Shown here: positions 23,570-36,516 of the stretch, piece after piece | Layout of the letters: the number at the start of each line of letters is the position of its first letter | Numbering within the stretch: the first letter of the stretch is position 1 | Assembly (NCBI RefSeq): GCF_018977255.1 | Contig: NW_024704807.1 | Span: 248,001-292,590, forward strand | Length of the DNA stretch: 44,590 nt | Reading direction: 5' to 3' | From: Callorhinchus milii | Taxonomy: Eukaryota | Notes under the pieces: model-generated | The model's database searches: none | What the model saw: only the letters and a program-made list of their open reading frames with translations | What the model was told of the DNA's origin: nothing | Position numbers and translations under genes: made by a program

Positions 23570-23952
23570 CACAGTCACACAGCTCTCGTTCTTCAATGTG
23601 CAAAATCTGTTCTTTAAGATCAGGGTTTAATACTGGCACGAAAGCCAACAAATGCTGACAACTGGGTCATTGATTCCTATCTTTCCACCACCGTCCCATC
23701 TTCATATCTTTAATTTGTACAAATCATATTTATTTTCAATACTATTTCCAACCAAACATAGACAAAGTGCACAGCGCATGGAATAAAACTTGGCAAATAA
23801 TTCCCTAAAATGTCTGCTTCAAATAATTAATTTTGAAAGCAAACTTTGGTCACATTCAACAGCACTAAATAGGCCACAGTTTTCAGTGATAAAGTGCCAC
23901 ATATTTTCATGAAAATAGCTCTGCAGTATTTGTGCTAATGTCATTCAATGTG

Positions 23953-23968
23953 ACCCACCCACAGTACG
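23953..23968 (-). other. NAR-TCR D segment 2 (CGTACTGTGGGTGGGT), RSS 12/12
   Basis: 5' RSS GATTTTTGC (23988-23996), 12 bp, TACTGTG (23969-23975); 3' RSS CACATTG (23946-23952), 12 bp, ACAAATACT (23925-23933). Confidence 0.9.
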
Positions 23969-24346
23969 CACAGTATTTAATGTCCATGCAAAAATCAATG
24001 GATGGAAAAACATTTGAAATGTTTTCTGCCATTTACTCATGGTCATTCAATGGTGTAACGTGTAAAATTATTTTGTATATTGTCTTTTACACGTTGTCTG
24101 TCTCTTCGAATAAACCGTTATTTATAGGAATCCAAGCAAAGTTCTTACATCAGTAATTACTTACTTTCTTAAGTGTTCGTAACCAATGGTCGTGTCTCAA
24201 AGGCAGTGCTATTAAACATCGTTGTACAACACATACTAATGGGGAATGTGCATTGAACTCATTGACAAGTTCAAAATATCTGTGTTTTACCTGTGAGTTG
24301 TTGAATGGGCTTTTTGTATTGTTGGAAGCCCAGATACAGCATTGTG

Positions 24347-25070
24347 AACAACTACCATCGCTATCCCATCTCCAGAGATATCGAGCTTTACAGTAATAGT
24401 CAGCGCTGTCTTCAACTTGCAAATCATTAATTTCCAGAGAAGAGGACCACGATTCCATGTCTGTCTTTGCAACAAACCGTCCTTCACGAGGGATGGGTTT
24501 CCAATCTCTTTCATTTGGAAACCGCCTATAATACTCCATACTTTGGAATACGCTTTGATAACTTGCTTCGAAGACACAGTTGATTGTCAAAGATTCGCAT
24601 TCTTCTCTGCTAATAGACGACGGTGTCTGCTTTACTTTGGCGCTGAAAACATCTGAAAATTATACACAATATTACATCAGTTTAACAGATCTTCAACGTT
24701 GACCACTTCTATTACAACTCCATTGCAAGTTTTGGCTTGATCTCCCTTGATGTCAGTTGATATAATATAATCAGGATTATGTAATATAATAATAATATTA
24801 GTTTATACATATGATTATAATGTAAAATAAAATTGAAGTAAAATAATTGCCTGCCGCGTTTTGCCGATAAAATTCAGCACACAAACTATTATTTGAAGCG
24901 AATTGAGACGTCCCATCTACATCATAACGCTACACATCAAGTCCAAGGATAATTTATATTGTGTAACTTTGTACTGACGACATTCACTGGTGCTGTGTAG
25001 TGCTGTGTAATGGAAACAAACACTTACATTGTAAGAAGAGGAACGAGATGGAGACACAGAGGAGAGACAT
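24347..25070 (-). CDS. NAR-TCR V segment 2: leader 25028-25070, V exon 24347-24652
   Basis: MSLLCVSISFLFLQ/GTAAGT; ...REECESLTINC...YYCKARYLWRWDSDGSC; RSS CACAATG (24340-24346), 22 bp, ACAAAAAGC (24309-24317). Confidence 0.92.
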
Positions 25071-26861
25071 CCTCTCACCGCTGGGAGTTACCGTCAGCCC
25101 CGGACACCTCAGAGTGACTGTGAGTAACACAGGGCTGTTCTGTAAGAGCTTTGGAGACTTGGTTTATTTGTGATGAACAGCGTCACATCATGGCTGGTGT
25201 CAGCGGCTTTGAGGGGTGGGCGGGGGTGGTTTGGGGGTGGAGTGTAACAATATACATGAGGAAAGGGACTGACTGACTGTGCCCGAGTAGCAGTGGGCAG
25301 AGAGGGCGATTTGGGAATAACTATTCGAGTCTCATTTAGGTTTAAATAGAGAATTGACGGGGAAGCCAACGAGATGGAGTATAATCTGACACTGTGAGAG
25401 GGACAAAGGCTGTTTGGTGTAGAGAGGGCTTTACTGGGAATTGGGAAAGATACATAAAGAAACTACTCACACACCTTTGACTTGAAGTGAGTCCTGTTAC
25501 AGTGACCAGCAGCTGGACGGGGAAGCCGGTCAAGCCAGTAATGAGTTAATGAGACATGGGTGATGATGGGTAAGAAGGAGGAAGGAGAAATTGGGGTAAA
25601 GGAATATGGGGTGCGGTGATTATATAAGCCATCGGGATAGAGGGGGTGACAAAGAGATGAAAGGCTGCCGGGGGACATGGAGGAGTAAGAGAAAGCAGGG
25701 AATATGACATTTATTTTTCAGCATATCAGGTGAAGCGGTTTATTACGTTTTATCGACATGGTAGTGGACTGTATCAAACAAAAGCATTATTTTTAATCCC
25801 TGTCTCGGCCTTTCTGTCTGTCTGTCTGTCTGTCTGTGTATTGTGTGTCTGTCTTCTGTGTGTCTCTCTTTCACACATGTCATTGGCTTTGAGCATTGAG
25901 ATGTCGTAAAGGCTCTGAGGTGGAGCTGATCACTTGTGGAATCAGAAGTTTGGAATTATTTTTTGTCTTTAACGATGGTTTGGGAGGAGATAGTAGTTTA
26001 CCGCTGTGAGTGAGGGAGAGGCGATAGATTTGATCAGGTTGGAGCCCGTTTAATTCTCATAATCCTAATAATCGTTACATTTTCTATGGATCCTTATCAC
26101 GTTCCAAGCGATTCAGACATATGCTGAATAGTCGATCGATTTTATATTTTGTTGGAAAAATGGATCAGCCAAATGCATACATCAGCGACGTCCACAAACA
26201 CTACACTCAATACGCTACGAATACCAAATCTACCAGGACCCTCAACTGGATCTGTCAGATATAGCTAATCGTTTCGAGTCGTTCCGTGGGATATTTAGCA
26301 CTCACCTGAACAGTCACGGATTGAGTGACCAACATTGTTTTTGAAGGAATTATTATCCACCGGAAAAGCGATAGGCCGATCGAATCACACCCGGGTTCTT
26401 CATCGCTGCGAGATAAACAGCGGTCTGTGTTTGGAGTAAGGCAACTTGCCTAAGGTTTCACTAGGCTCAGAATTGAACCAGGTTCCTCCAGTTTGTCAGA
26501 CGACTGCTGTTCCCTCTCCGCCACACGACTCCGTGTAAATTCACAAAAAACTAAAGAAACAGGATTGGCTTTTATTTTCTTTGCAAACTGAAGTAAACTA
26601 ACAGCAACTGGGCCTGTAACGCCTAACTAGTTCACTGAGGGTTGTCTGCATTTGCTGTGACAGATAATGTTGTGAGAGTTTAGCTGACAAGTTGATGTCA
26701 GGTGAATGTGGTTTCCTTTGAGTCTGGAGACTGAAATGTCTGCTCTCCGCAAGGCCTCAAGGCCTGACCAATTTTCCGCACAAACTTCAACAGACAGATC
26801 ATCCCTATGTAAAAGTGAAGGTAGTTTTTGTCTGAGATTTGCAGGGCTGTCAATCACTGTG

Positions 26862-27859
26862 GTGAGACTCAAAGCACAGTGATAAACAGCGTTGTCAGAC
26901 ACCACCAGCACAGACATAGAGAAACTTTTGGATGAATTGGATTCCCGTAGCTGAGCAGAGAAACGATTTTCAGTTCCTGTTCCTTGGTATTGTTTGTCAT
27001 CCCCGGAATAGCTCGCAACGAAAAACTCTGGCTGCTTGTCTGGGTAATGTCGATACAAGTAGAGATGGTAATACCTATCAGTAGTGGAATAAGTAAACTG
27101 AAAATTCACAGTTTCTCCTTCTGTCCTAACCATCGCGGCAGCATTCTGACTAACAGAGGCCCCGTCAGAGTGATCTGTGATAAACATGGAAAAGTACGAC
27201 AATTTATCATTCACTCTTTGCCTGAGTTGTTTTTTCATCGCCTGGGACGTCCTCCCAACGAGAAAGGCGCTATAGAAACGCCCATTGTGAGTACTGAATC
27301 AATAATAATTTTAAATTTTAATTTTAAATAATATCTGAGGTTGTCATTGATACGCATCAACGTGCTTCGCAGACGAAATTGTGAAGCCGAGTGCTCTGTA
27401 TTTTTGCGGGCCAAAAACGGCAAACAATTATGCATAGCAGGAACCCAAGAAGTGTCGTGGAGGGTGTAACAAACTACTACTTGAAAAAAAATGTAACGTA
27501 TTATTGGCCCTGAAAAAGAGATGCGCCAAAGCGCTAAAAACATTTCAGTAGAGAAATGATTTTTATTTGGAAGATTTGTACTCCCAGGTTTATAAAGCGA
27601 AGGAGTTCCATATGACTGATTGGTAAACAGAGGCGTTTCTGTGGAGTAAGGAACCTTCCAAATATTTGCACGCTGCCCAGGAATCGAAGTAAGGTCCACT
27701 CGCTTGAGAGCCGAGTGCAATAACCACAGAGCTACAGGTTTACCCCCACCATTTGTTGTTGAAATGAAGCTGACCATCAGCAGCAACACTGAATTAGCTC
27801 AACAGGGCCTCACCTGACATAAAGGTTCCCAGCACAAGACAGACAGCAAACAGCCTCAT
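26862..27859 (-). pseudogene. TCR V family E copy 2 (leader 27814-27859, V exon 26862-27174); open frame but Cys23 to Phe and Trp to Leu
   Basis: MRLFAVCLVLGTFMS/GTGAGG; VNFQFTY...HLYLYRH; RSS CACAGTG (26855-26861), 23 bp, ACAAAAACT (26823-26831). Confidence 0.8.
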
Positions 27860-28279
27860 TGCTGCTCTTCAGTCTGTGTGGTTGTGTCTGTGCCATCAGT
27901 TTGCTGATAACCCGCAGTGATTGTCGGCATTGGCGGAGCCACAGTCTCACGTCACCTCATTGACATCTCAGCCGCGTTTCAGTACAACAACCACTTGCTT
28001 TTGTACAGCGGCTTTCACCGGTCAATTGTGACAGGAATTCCTGAATCAAATGTAAAGGTTATTATTATTACTTAACTCCCATTTTCCAAACACGAACGAC
28101 TCCATCAGTTGTTGCTTTTGGTTGGAAATCAGCCGCGTGTTTCTTCTGAGAGACACAGCAGCAAAGTCACAATTTGTCAAATAGGTCAACTGTCAGGATT
28201 GACATCTGTGCTGAGATGAAACCTTTTCTCCCTCTTTGGAGGTTTATGTACAGCGTTGTCGTCTGAAAGAAACACTGTG

Positions 28280-28730
28280 CGTGTGATGGCACAGTAATAT
28301 GTCGCAGTGTCAGACAGAGCCACGGAGAGCACAGTGACAGAGGATCTCTTCGTGTTGGTGTCCAGTGTAGTGCTGAAACGTTGTTTTGCAAATTCAGCGC
28401 TGAAAGTTTCCCCATCATAGTCGTGTCTCCGTGTGTACAGAGGAGGCTCTCCTGGATACTGACGGTACCAGTATATAAAAACATTGCTGAAATCAGCTGA
28501 GTAGGTGCAGCTCAGTGTTGCAGTCTGGCCTTCAGGAACAGACACTTCCATCTGTGATGGTTGGACACTGACTCCATTCGCGGTCCCTATAGCCGGAGAG
28601 AACACGTCATTAAAATTCACGCAAAGGCCAGAGGAATAATACTCAAATGATTTTTAAGGGTGAGAGAGAATGACTTACACATCAGGCCCAATAATAATGA
28701 AATGAACAGCGCAAATTGTATCCTCTCCAT
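28280..28730 (-). CDS. Intact TCR alpha/delta V segment, family B (leader 28679-28730, 92-bp intron, V exon 28280-28586)
   Basis: MERIQFALFISLLLGLM/GTAAGT; ATLSCTY...IYWYRQ...DTATYYCAIT; RSS CACAGTG (28273-28279), 23 bp, ACATAAACC (28241-28249). Confidence 0.93.
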
Positions 28731-29599
28731 TTATCCAAGTGTCTCGTAAATGATTTGATAGGAGCTTTAGAGATAATGGGATGTTTCCTCAAATGGCCTT
28801 GAAAGCAGAGGTGGAACCAACATTTAACACAGCACTGCGGAGCAACTTCTTGGCGTCAGACGATTATGGTGATAGGCCGCACCTCCGGATTTTGGAGCTC
28901 TATTTTCTAAAATGTCGCTCTCATGCAATGCTGCGAGTGTACTGCAGTGTGGTGTCCAGCAGCTTATGTCTTGGCAAGTTTGCCTGGCAAGCGAGAGACC
29001 CGGGTTCGATTCCCAGGCAGTGCGCAACGTTAGACAAGTTTACTTACGCCACATGCATTTGTTCACCCGGCAGTCATTAGATTGTTACCCGGTTAGCTGA
29101 TCGCTTTTCTGGGGAGTAACTATTGCTTGAAAATGACAAAAATGATAACAATTTCATCACTCAAACCAAACATGCTTATGGGACATTGCTGCATGTCGGG
29201 AAGGAACAACAAGAACCGTATTGCATTTGTTGAGCACCTTTCGCGACGCGAGGACGTCTTAGACAGAGTTACGTATCCGAGCTGGGGGTCGGGTTGGGGC
29301 AGGTTGGAGGGTGGTGGGAGAACCCTTGGGAGAAGCAGGAGATGGATAGCACGGACGAAGAGGAGGGTGTTGTGATGGGTCTTGAAGGTGGCAGAGGATG
29401 GGGCGATGCGAGGGGACTGAGCGAAACGACATAAAGCGCTACACGGGATAGACTGTCATGTGCGGGGACTGTATTTTATGTCTGTTCTGCATTCCGTCTT
29501 CTTTCGCATTGTCAAACATACAATATTCCAAATGTATTTGAATGTTTTCCTTTGCAGACAACACTTAACAACGTGGTACACCTGGCTTTCATTACTTGT

Positions 29600-29923
29600 G
29601 GAGTCCTGTAGCTCAGTGGTTAGAGCACTCGCTTTGCGAGCGAGAGACCTGAGATCAATTCCAGGCAGAGGGCCAAACCTCGGGCAAGTTTCCTTACTCC
29701 ACACAGAGCCTAATAATAATCCCTTCAAAAAACAAAACAATAATAAATTGGTCATTTTCAATCCACGACTGTTTGTGGGATATTGCTGTGCGCAATTGGC
29801 CGCCGCGTTCGCCCGCAAATATACAGTCAATTCACTTTACAGTGTGTTCTGTGAAGCGCTTTGGGACGTCCTCCCGACGTGAAAAGCGCTATATCAAATG
29901 CAAGGATTATTATTATTATTATT
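29600..29923 (+). mobile_element. Near full-length tRNA-derived SINE; about 20 further decayed copies in the window (e.g. near 1070-1230, 3180-3400, 11060-11280, 16500-16760, 18570-18880, 32330-32580, 34500-34710, 41040-41260, 43560-43770)
   Basis: Head GGAGTCCTGTAGCTCAGTGGTTAGAGCACTCGC (A box) with a decayed B box, body, LINE-like 3' end and (ATT)n tail. Confidence 0.85.
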
Positions 29924-30159
29924 AATGAACTGAAACGGCGACTTTTCTAGCTAACGCTTCCTTTTATTCTCTGAATTGGTTGTGACCCATAAGGTTATGG
30001 AGCGACAGCAAACTGACTTGTGGTGAATGCGGATTCCCATAAAGTTCGCTGCACTCAAAGTCTGACTGTGAACACACTCAGGGTTGATCAGACTAATAGA
30101 GCAACTCACGATGCCAGGGTAAATATTGTACGAGCCTGTGGATGGTTCCCATCACTGTG

Positions 30160-30360
30160 AGGATAGAGGAAGAGACAGCACAGAGATGCACAGTGCTGTC
30201 GGATAACAGCGGCTTAGAGATGGATAATCTGGTGACAGATTGGGAAGCGAAAAGCTGAGAAGAGAATCGATAACCATTTCCATTTCCTTTTCTGCTTATT
30301 ATCTGAATATCTTCGCAATGTATAGTCCGGCGTTTTGTCTCGGTAATGTCGGTACAATAA
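30160..30360 (-). pseudogene. 5'-truncated TCR V pseudogene
   Basis: RFSSQL...RLSISKPLLSDSTVHLCAVSS; frameshifted WYRH region; RSS CACAGTG (30153-30159), 23 bp, ACAATATTT (30121-30129); 5' end replaced by SINE tail. Confidence 0.75.
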
Positions 30361-31896
30361 AGAAATAAGAATACTTCTTGCATTTGATATAGCACTTTAC
30401 ACGTCTAATCTATGTATATTTTAAATAAATAAGATGTATAATCTTATAGATTATAATAATACCTCTCAGTCATGGAATGGGAACATTGAAGAGTGACGGT
30501 TTCTCATTCTTTCTTCACCATCGCTGCAGTGCACAGTGTTTTACAGTTTCGCCCTCTTGAGGTCAAAGAGTTATGCAACAACTCTGCATTGATGTTTGAT
30601 GCCAAACGTGAAGTAAAGTAATGATTGTAATAACAATGCGTTGTGGTTCCCAGTGTCTTATATCACCTGAGGCTCAGAGTACAGTAACACATACCGCTGT
30701 CAGTCACTGTGACGGTACAGATACTGAAGACCCCCTCCCACACACTAAATCCTCGCCTCACAATTATGTTGAGCTGTTCTGAGCCCCAAAGGGCAATTTG
30801 TCAGTGTAATAGTTCACAATGCAATACAGAATTGCGCCACTGGCAATTGTGCAGTGTTTCATTTACGTATTGATTCGAAAGCAGTGGGAAGGAACCCGGT
30901 TGTTATTCAATAGGCGTATTGCTTTCGCTGGATCACATTTCCTCCAACATAGTAATATTTATACATTCATTGAAGCCACGACTCTTTGTGGGTCACTACT
31001 GTGTGCAAATGGCTGTTGCGTTTCACGCACAAAATTTACAGTCAATTCAGTACATAAAATCGATGAGGCGCTATTGGACGTCCAGAAGTTATCTCATATC
31101 AAATGCAAAGATTATTAATATCAAATGAGTTGACTTTGTATTTTGCAGGCGACCAATCTGGGATTGAGAGTGCATCACATTATTATTGTTTTTAGTCATT
31201 TAAGTGTTTATTATCAAACGAAAGCGATCCATAAATCGACTAAGTAACGGGTTCCTACTTCCTGCTTGGTAAACAGAGGCGAGTAGTGTAAGGATATTTG
31301 CCCAACGTTTCGGCCTGTATGGGAATCGAACACAAGTCTTCTGAGCTGTGAGACCAGTGCTCTCACCAGTGCGCTGCAAAATTTCAGAAATTCATCTTAT
31401 TCGCTTAGTCTGATCCCATCCACTTCCCACGCTCTTTATGGGATATATCTGTTCGCAATTCGGCTGCCGGGACCTTTAAGTCTTATCCAAGATGTGATCA
31501 GCCGTCAAATCAAACGCAAACGATAATTACACATATGTCGGGAGACGTATCAAAGAGTCTCACAAAACTTTATAAAATTCTGCGTGTCGGGGAATTGCAT
31601 TTCGACTGTTTTCTGAATTCCATCTTCTTCCTTAGAGTCAAAAAGAAAACAGTTCAAACAGCTTTCACTGTTGCATTTGCAGCCCACAGTAAATCCATAA
31701 TCTGGCCTGTTGTGCTCAATTCGCTTATCATTTTAACCACTGCGTTTATATTCACACACCAACGTGTGAATCTTCAGCAGACAGATTGTGGTGTGGAGAA
31801 CGCCAGACTTCCTGAAAACTGACCTCTCGCCTCAGCGCCACCTCACACATCTTCGATAGTTTTTGTCCGAGGCTGAGACTGGTTTCCATCACTGTG

Positions 31897-32687
31897 GCTC
31901 TGAATGCACAGTAATACAGAGCAGAGTCAGACATCTCTATCTGGGAGATGGTTAATTTGCTAGATTTTTGGGAGATCTGCAGCTCATCTGAGATGGTTGG
32001 AGTAACCACTAGAGCTCCGCAGGATATACGCGGGTTGTTTCTCTGGGCGTTCTCGGTACCAGTGTACACAATAATCGCTCAGTGATGTAGAATAATTACT
32101 TTCCAAAGTCACTTGTCCTCCTTCTGTCTCTGTCACTGATGGCATCGACTGAGTAACAGATTCTCCCCGGGTCAGACCTGAAACAAAAGTGTAATTTAAA
32201 ATAAAAATTAACAGATTGAAAGAAAAAATACCTACCTTTGATATATCGCTTTTTCAAGTCTTTAATCGTTTCACAATGCTTCACAGAATACACTGCGAAT
32301 TGAATTGGATGTCTATTTTGTGAAAAAATACTGGCAGCCAATTGCGCACAGCAGTGTCCCAGAAACAGTGTAGATTGAATGACTAATTTATCATTTTTTT
32401 TTCTTTGAATTATTGTTGCCCCCGATAACACGATCCACCAATTGACAGAGAAACGGATCGTACAATTTCCAAGTGGAGTAATTCATCAAGCCCAATGTTA
32501 GGCCCTGACAGGAATCGAACCCGAGTCGTGGATTGCGAGGTGAGCGCTCTATACACTGAGCTGCAAGTCTCCAACGAATAAAGCTATGCAACCAACATTG
32601 AGCATTGGCTGAAAGATCGGCTATTTGCCTTAATTGATTACCTCGTAGAAAGACAGCCAGAATCACCCAGATCAGAATTCCCTCCAT
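31897..32687 (-). pseudogene. TCR V family A copy 3 (leader 32642-32687, V exon 31897-32177)
   Basis: Internal deletion and frameshift after YILRSSSGY, Cys to Ser; RSS CACAGTG (31890-31896), 23 bp, ACAAAAACT (31858-31866). Confidence 0.87.
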
Positions 32688-33736
32688 CGTCTGAGCTCTA
32701 TCTGCAGATGCCCATTGATTACTTGTAGGATATTTGAGACGATTGGTTCCTGCCCCAGCAATCACTACATGTGCTGTCGCCCAATTGGCAAAGTGGAGAA
32801 GGTCCTCGTGATCAGCAACAATTTGCAACCAATTATTCTTTTATGACTCAAACCATGGAAAAATAAGATCGTGCATCATAGCTGAACAGAAGGACGATAT
32901 TCGCTGCATTGTGGCTGTTTCTCCTCTACTAAAGATATGAACACTCAGTTCCACGCCCCAAACTTTCCCACTCGTCTTGCAAATTTATTTTGAGTTGTAA
33001 GTTCCAGTCCAATTCCCTTTTGACAGCTACTATCGAATCTGTTGCCACCACAATATCAGGATGCACATTCTAAACTGCAACAAGTCTATTGATTAAATAA
33101 ATGTCTGTCAGTCTCCCCTCATGCTCTTTTGCCAATTAACTTCAATCTGTGAAATCAATTAAGAAGCTGTAAAAGTTTAATATCGAAAATAAATGTGATG
33201 TATGATATTCATAAAGAGATAGGAATGAAATTCAATAAACGATTAAATTATGTTACACAATTTTTTTTACCAGAACACGATATATCACTGACGTGTTCAC
33301 AGTTAACCTTCACTGAGAAAAATGGGCCGAAATCTGTTGCCAAAGGAGCAAAGACATTATGAAAGATGGATGTCTCACAGCATTAGCCGTGATCTGACGT
33401 GAAATTTGATGACTGTATCTATTAGTCAATTGCCAGGCAATTAATTTTATAGTACGTTCTGTGAAGCGCTTTGGGACGTCTCGAAGACCTGATAAGGCGT
33501 TGCATTAAGTGTAAGGATTAATAATATTTGTTTTACTCTTTCAATACATGAACCATTCTATCACTTTTTGCTCGTGATTGGCAATGATTCACGTGTTTCC
33601 TCTGAGAGACACAGCAGCAAAGTCACAACTTGCTAAATAGGTCAACTGTCAGGAGTAACATCTGTGCTGAGGTTTAACCCTTTCTCTCCTCTTTGGAGGT
33701 TTAGGTACTGTGGTGTAGTCTGACAGTAATACTCTT

Positions 33737-34165
33737 TGTCTGATGGCACATAATGTTTGGTGTCAGATAGAGCCAATGGGAACACAGCTACAGTGGATCA
33801 CTTCCTTCTCATGTACAGATTTGGCATGTATTGTAAATTCAGCACGGAAAGTGTCCCATCATAATCATGTCTCGTCGTGTAGAGAGGAAGCTCCCCTGGA
33901 TACCGACTCTACTAGAACATTAAAAAAAATCGTGAAATAAGCAGAGTATCTGCAGCTCAGGTTTGCAGTCTGTCCTTCGGTAGCAGACACTTCCATCTGT
34001 GATGGTTCACTCGCTGTCCCTATAGCCAAAGAGAATATGTTATTCAATGTCACGCAGAGGCCAGAGGTAAATGCCCAAATTGTTTTCGGTGTGAGAGGGA
34101 TATATTTACACATCAGGCCCAATAACAGTGAATTTAACACACAAAGTATTTAACAGCACAAATGT
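33737..34165 (-). pseudogene. TCR V family B pseudogene, close duplicate of 2383-2810
   Basis: Same lost ATG and YYC-region frameshift as copy 1; heptamer AAGAGTA (33730-33736); stop after FFNV. Confidence 0.85.
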
Positions 34166-35190
34166 GCTGCCGTGTTATCCTACAAAGCACATAGCAACTC
34201 AACTTTACCGTCAAACTATGTGAAGAGCTTTAAGTTACACTCCAAACCGAAATATATATAAAGACTATTGTTCCTTCATCTCCAAGATTTATTTTCTATG
34301 CTGGATTGTCAAAAAATCAACCTTGTGTTCCAACGTAGGTCAAGTAACACACAATTCTGCCTCAAACCCCATATATTTCTATATTCCAGTTGTCCATTCA
34401 ATGGCATTTCAAATCAGTGATTGTAATCATTGCATTTGATGGAGTGTTGTATATTTTCAACTATAATGCACAGCAGTGTGCTACAAATAATCGTAGATTG
34501 AGTAGCAAAACTTATGTTTGCCAATTATTTTCGCAGGGGTTATTACCTCAGAAAATAATCCGACAGTCGACCAACAACCGCGTTCCTGCTTCCTGCAAGC
34601 AAAAGATAGACGCGAGTTTTGAGTAAAGAAACCTGTCCAACTTTTCGCACTGCCTGGGATTCGAACCCAAGTCCTCTCACTTAACACTGAGGTTCAAATC
34701 TCCACTGACATCAAAATATCACTTTAAAAAACTGTGTGAAAATGTATGTCGCATCATTCTAGGAGCTCAATCTTACCAACAAAATCATTGACTGCTATAT
34801 TTTTACTACAAAGTGAACAGTCAATTCAGTTTGCAGGATATTCTATGAAGCGGTTTGAGAAGTCTCAATGACGTGCTGAAACGGAAAATCAAACGCAACA
34901 ATAATTCTATTTGTTATTGAGTTGTTATAACTGTTATTTTCATCATGTCTAATTTCCCACGAACATGTATCACAACCTACTACCTGTCGGTGAAAAGTAT
35001 CTCAAACATTCAGTAAGAAGTGCATCACATATTTTATTTGACTTGATATGAACTCAATAAGGTGAAAGGTATGGTGGCAGTTGGGAGAGAGTTTTGTTCA
35101 TTGACTGTCACTAACATTACTGTGTTGTTTCTCAGCATTGGTTGTGATGATGGTTATTGTACGAGGTTTCCTATGATGTGTATCACTGTG

Positions 35191-35492
35191 GTGCAGACTG
35201 ATTGCACAGTGATACATAGCGGAGTCTGTCAGCCGCAGGCCGGCGATGGTTAAAATGCTGATTTTCTTGGCAGTGTCAAGAGAAGCAGAAATATGACCTC
35301 CATTGGAATTTCCTCCCTCTCCTGAGGGGTTTCTGTGGAGCAGATATTTCGGTTCCTCGCCAGGGGACTGACGGTACCAGGAGACGCTGAAATCCTTTCC
35401 ACAGATTCCTGAATATTGGCAATGTAAATTTATCCTCTCACCAGCAACAGCAGTTTGCTCAGGCGGTGACTGGGAAACTGTATAACTGGATC
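35191..35492 (-). CDS. Leaderless supporting TCRdelta V exon of NAR-TCR cassette 3
   Basis: Acceptor atcctgcag/GA; NLHCQYSGICGKDFSVSWYRQ...DSAMYHCAISL; RSS CACAGTG (35184-35190), 23 bp, ACAATAACC (35152-35160). Confidence 0.9.
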
Positions 35493-36309
35493 CTGCAGGA
35501 TGCAAATTACAGGTTACTTAGAATTATGGCATCATGGAACCAAACCCAACAACAACACTTCAGGCAGTGCATTGCAGACTGTAACAACTTTGTTTGCAAA
35601 TAAATCCTCATTATCTTACCTCTGGACCTTTTACCACTTAACATAAATTTGGGTTCACTGGTTACTGAAACGCTGACCAATCAGAATATTTTATATTGAT
35701 CCACTCTATCACATCACCTCACAAATATGAACACTTCAATCAGATCTCCACTCAACCTTCGGTCTCTAAGCAGAACATTACCAGAGACCCGAGTATCTTC
35801 ATTTGAATGAAACCTCTCGCCCTGGGCATCATTCAATACAATCTCCTTCGAACCCTGTCCACGACCATAGCACTTTCCCCAACGTGTCCGTGAAAAACTT
35901 TATACTAAATGTAAGGATCACTGTTCAATCAACAGTAGAAAGAGACGAGGAATGGCTAAATTTAGAGTGCTGCCCTGCACCGTCCAACGTGTGGCTTTTG
36001 CTGTGACACCATTGTTATGATCGCTCATCAATGCAACGTTTAATTAACTTTTTTTAATCTTATACTTTGCCTATGTTCATGGGAATGTTAACCAGAGAAT
36101 CAGGTGTCAGATTGTGCCGTTAAATCAGTGGGTTTACAGTTGAGGCAAATAGAAAGTTTCCTGCTGTAAATGGCGTTACTTTAACACCTCTGCTGGAGGT
36201 GGTTTAGTCTCTGAGTTGCTGCGAATATCAGTTTCTCTCTCAGTGTTTGAGCTGCTAATTGAAGGAAAATACCCTCTTTCTCTATCTCTCTCTATTTCCC
36301 TCTTTCTCT

Positions 36310-36516
36310 NNNNNNNNNNNNNNNNNNNNNNNNNNNNNNNNNNNNNNNNNNNNNNNNNNNNNNNNNNNNNNNNNNNNNNNNNNNNNNNNNNNNNNNNNNN
36401 NNNNNNNNNNNNNNNNNNNNNNNNNNNNNNNNNNNNNNNNNNNNNNNNNNNNNNNNNNNNNNNNNNNNNNNNNNNNNNNNNNNNNNNNNNNNNNNNNNNN
36501 NNNNNNNNNNNNNNNN
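36310..36516. other. Assembly gap (about 207 N) in CT-rich sequence, J-Vdelta intron of cassette 3
   Basis: Run of N. Confidence 1.

Noticed and set aside
29602-29680. tRNA-like sequence (also near 3300-3370, 16670-16740, 28930-29020, 41660-41720)
   Set aside because: No complete cloverleaf; it continues into the SINE body and tail and occurs in many decayed copies, so these are SINE heads rather than tRNA genes.
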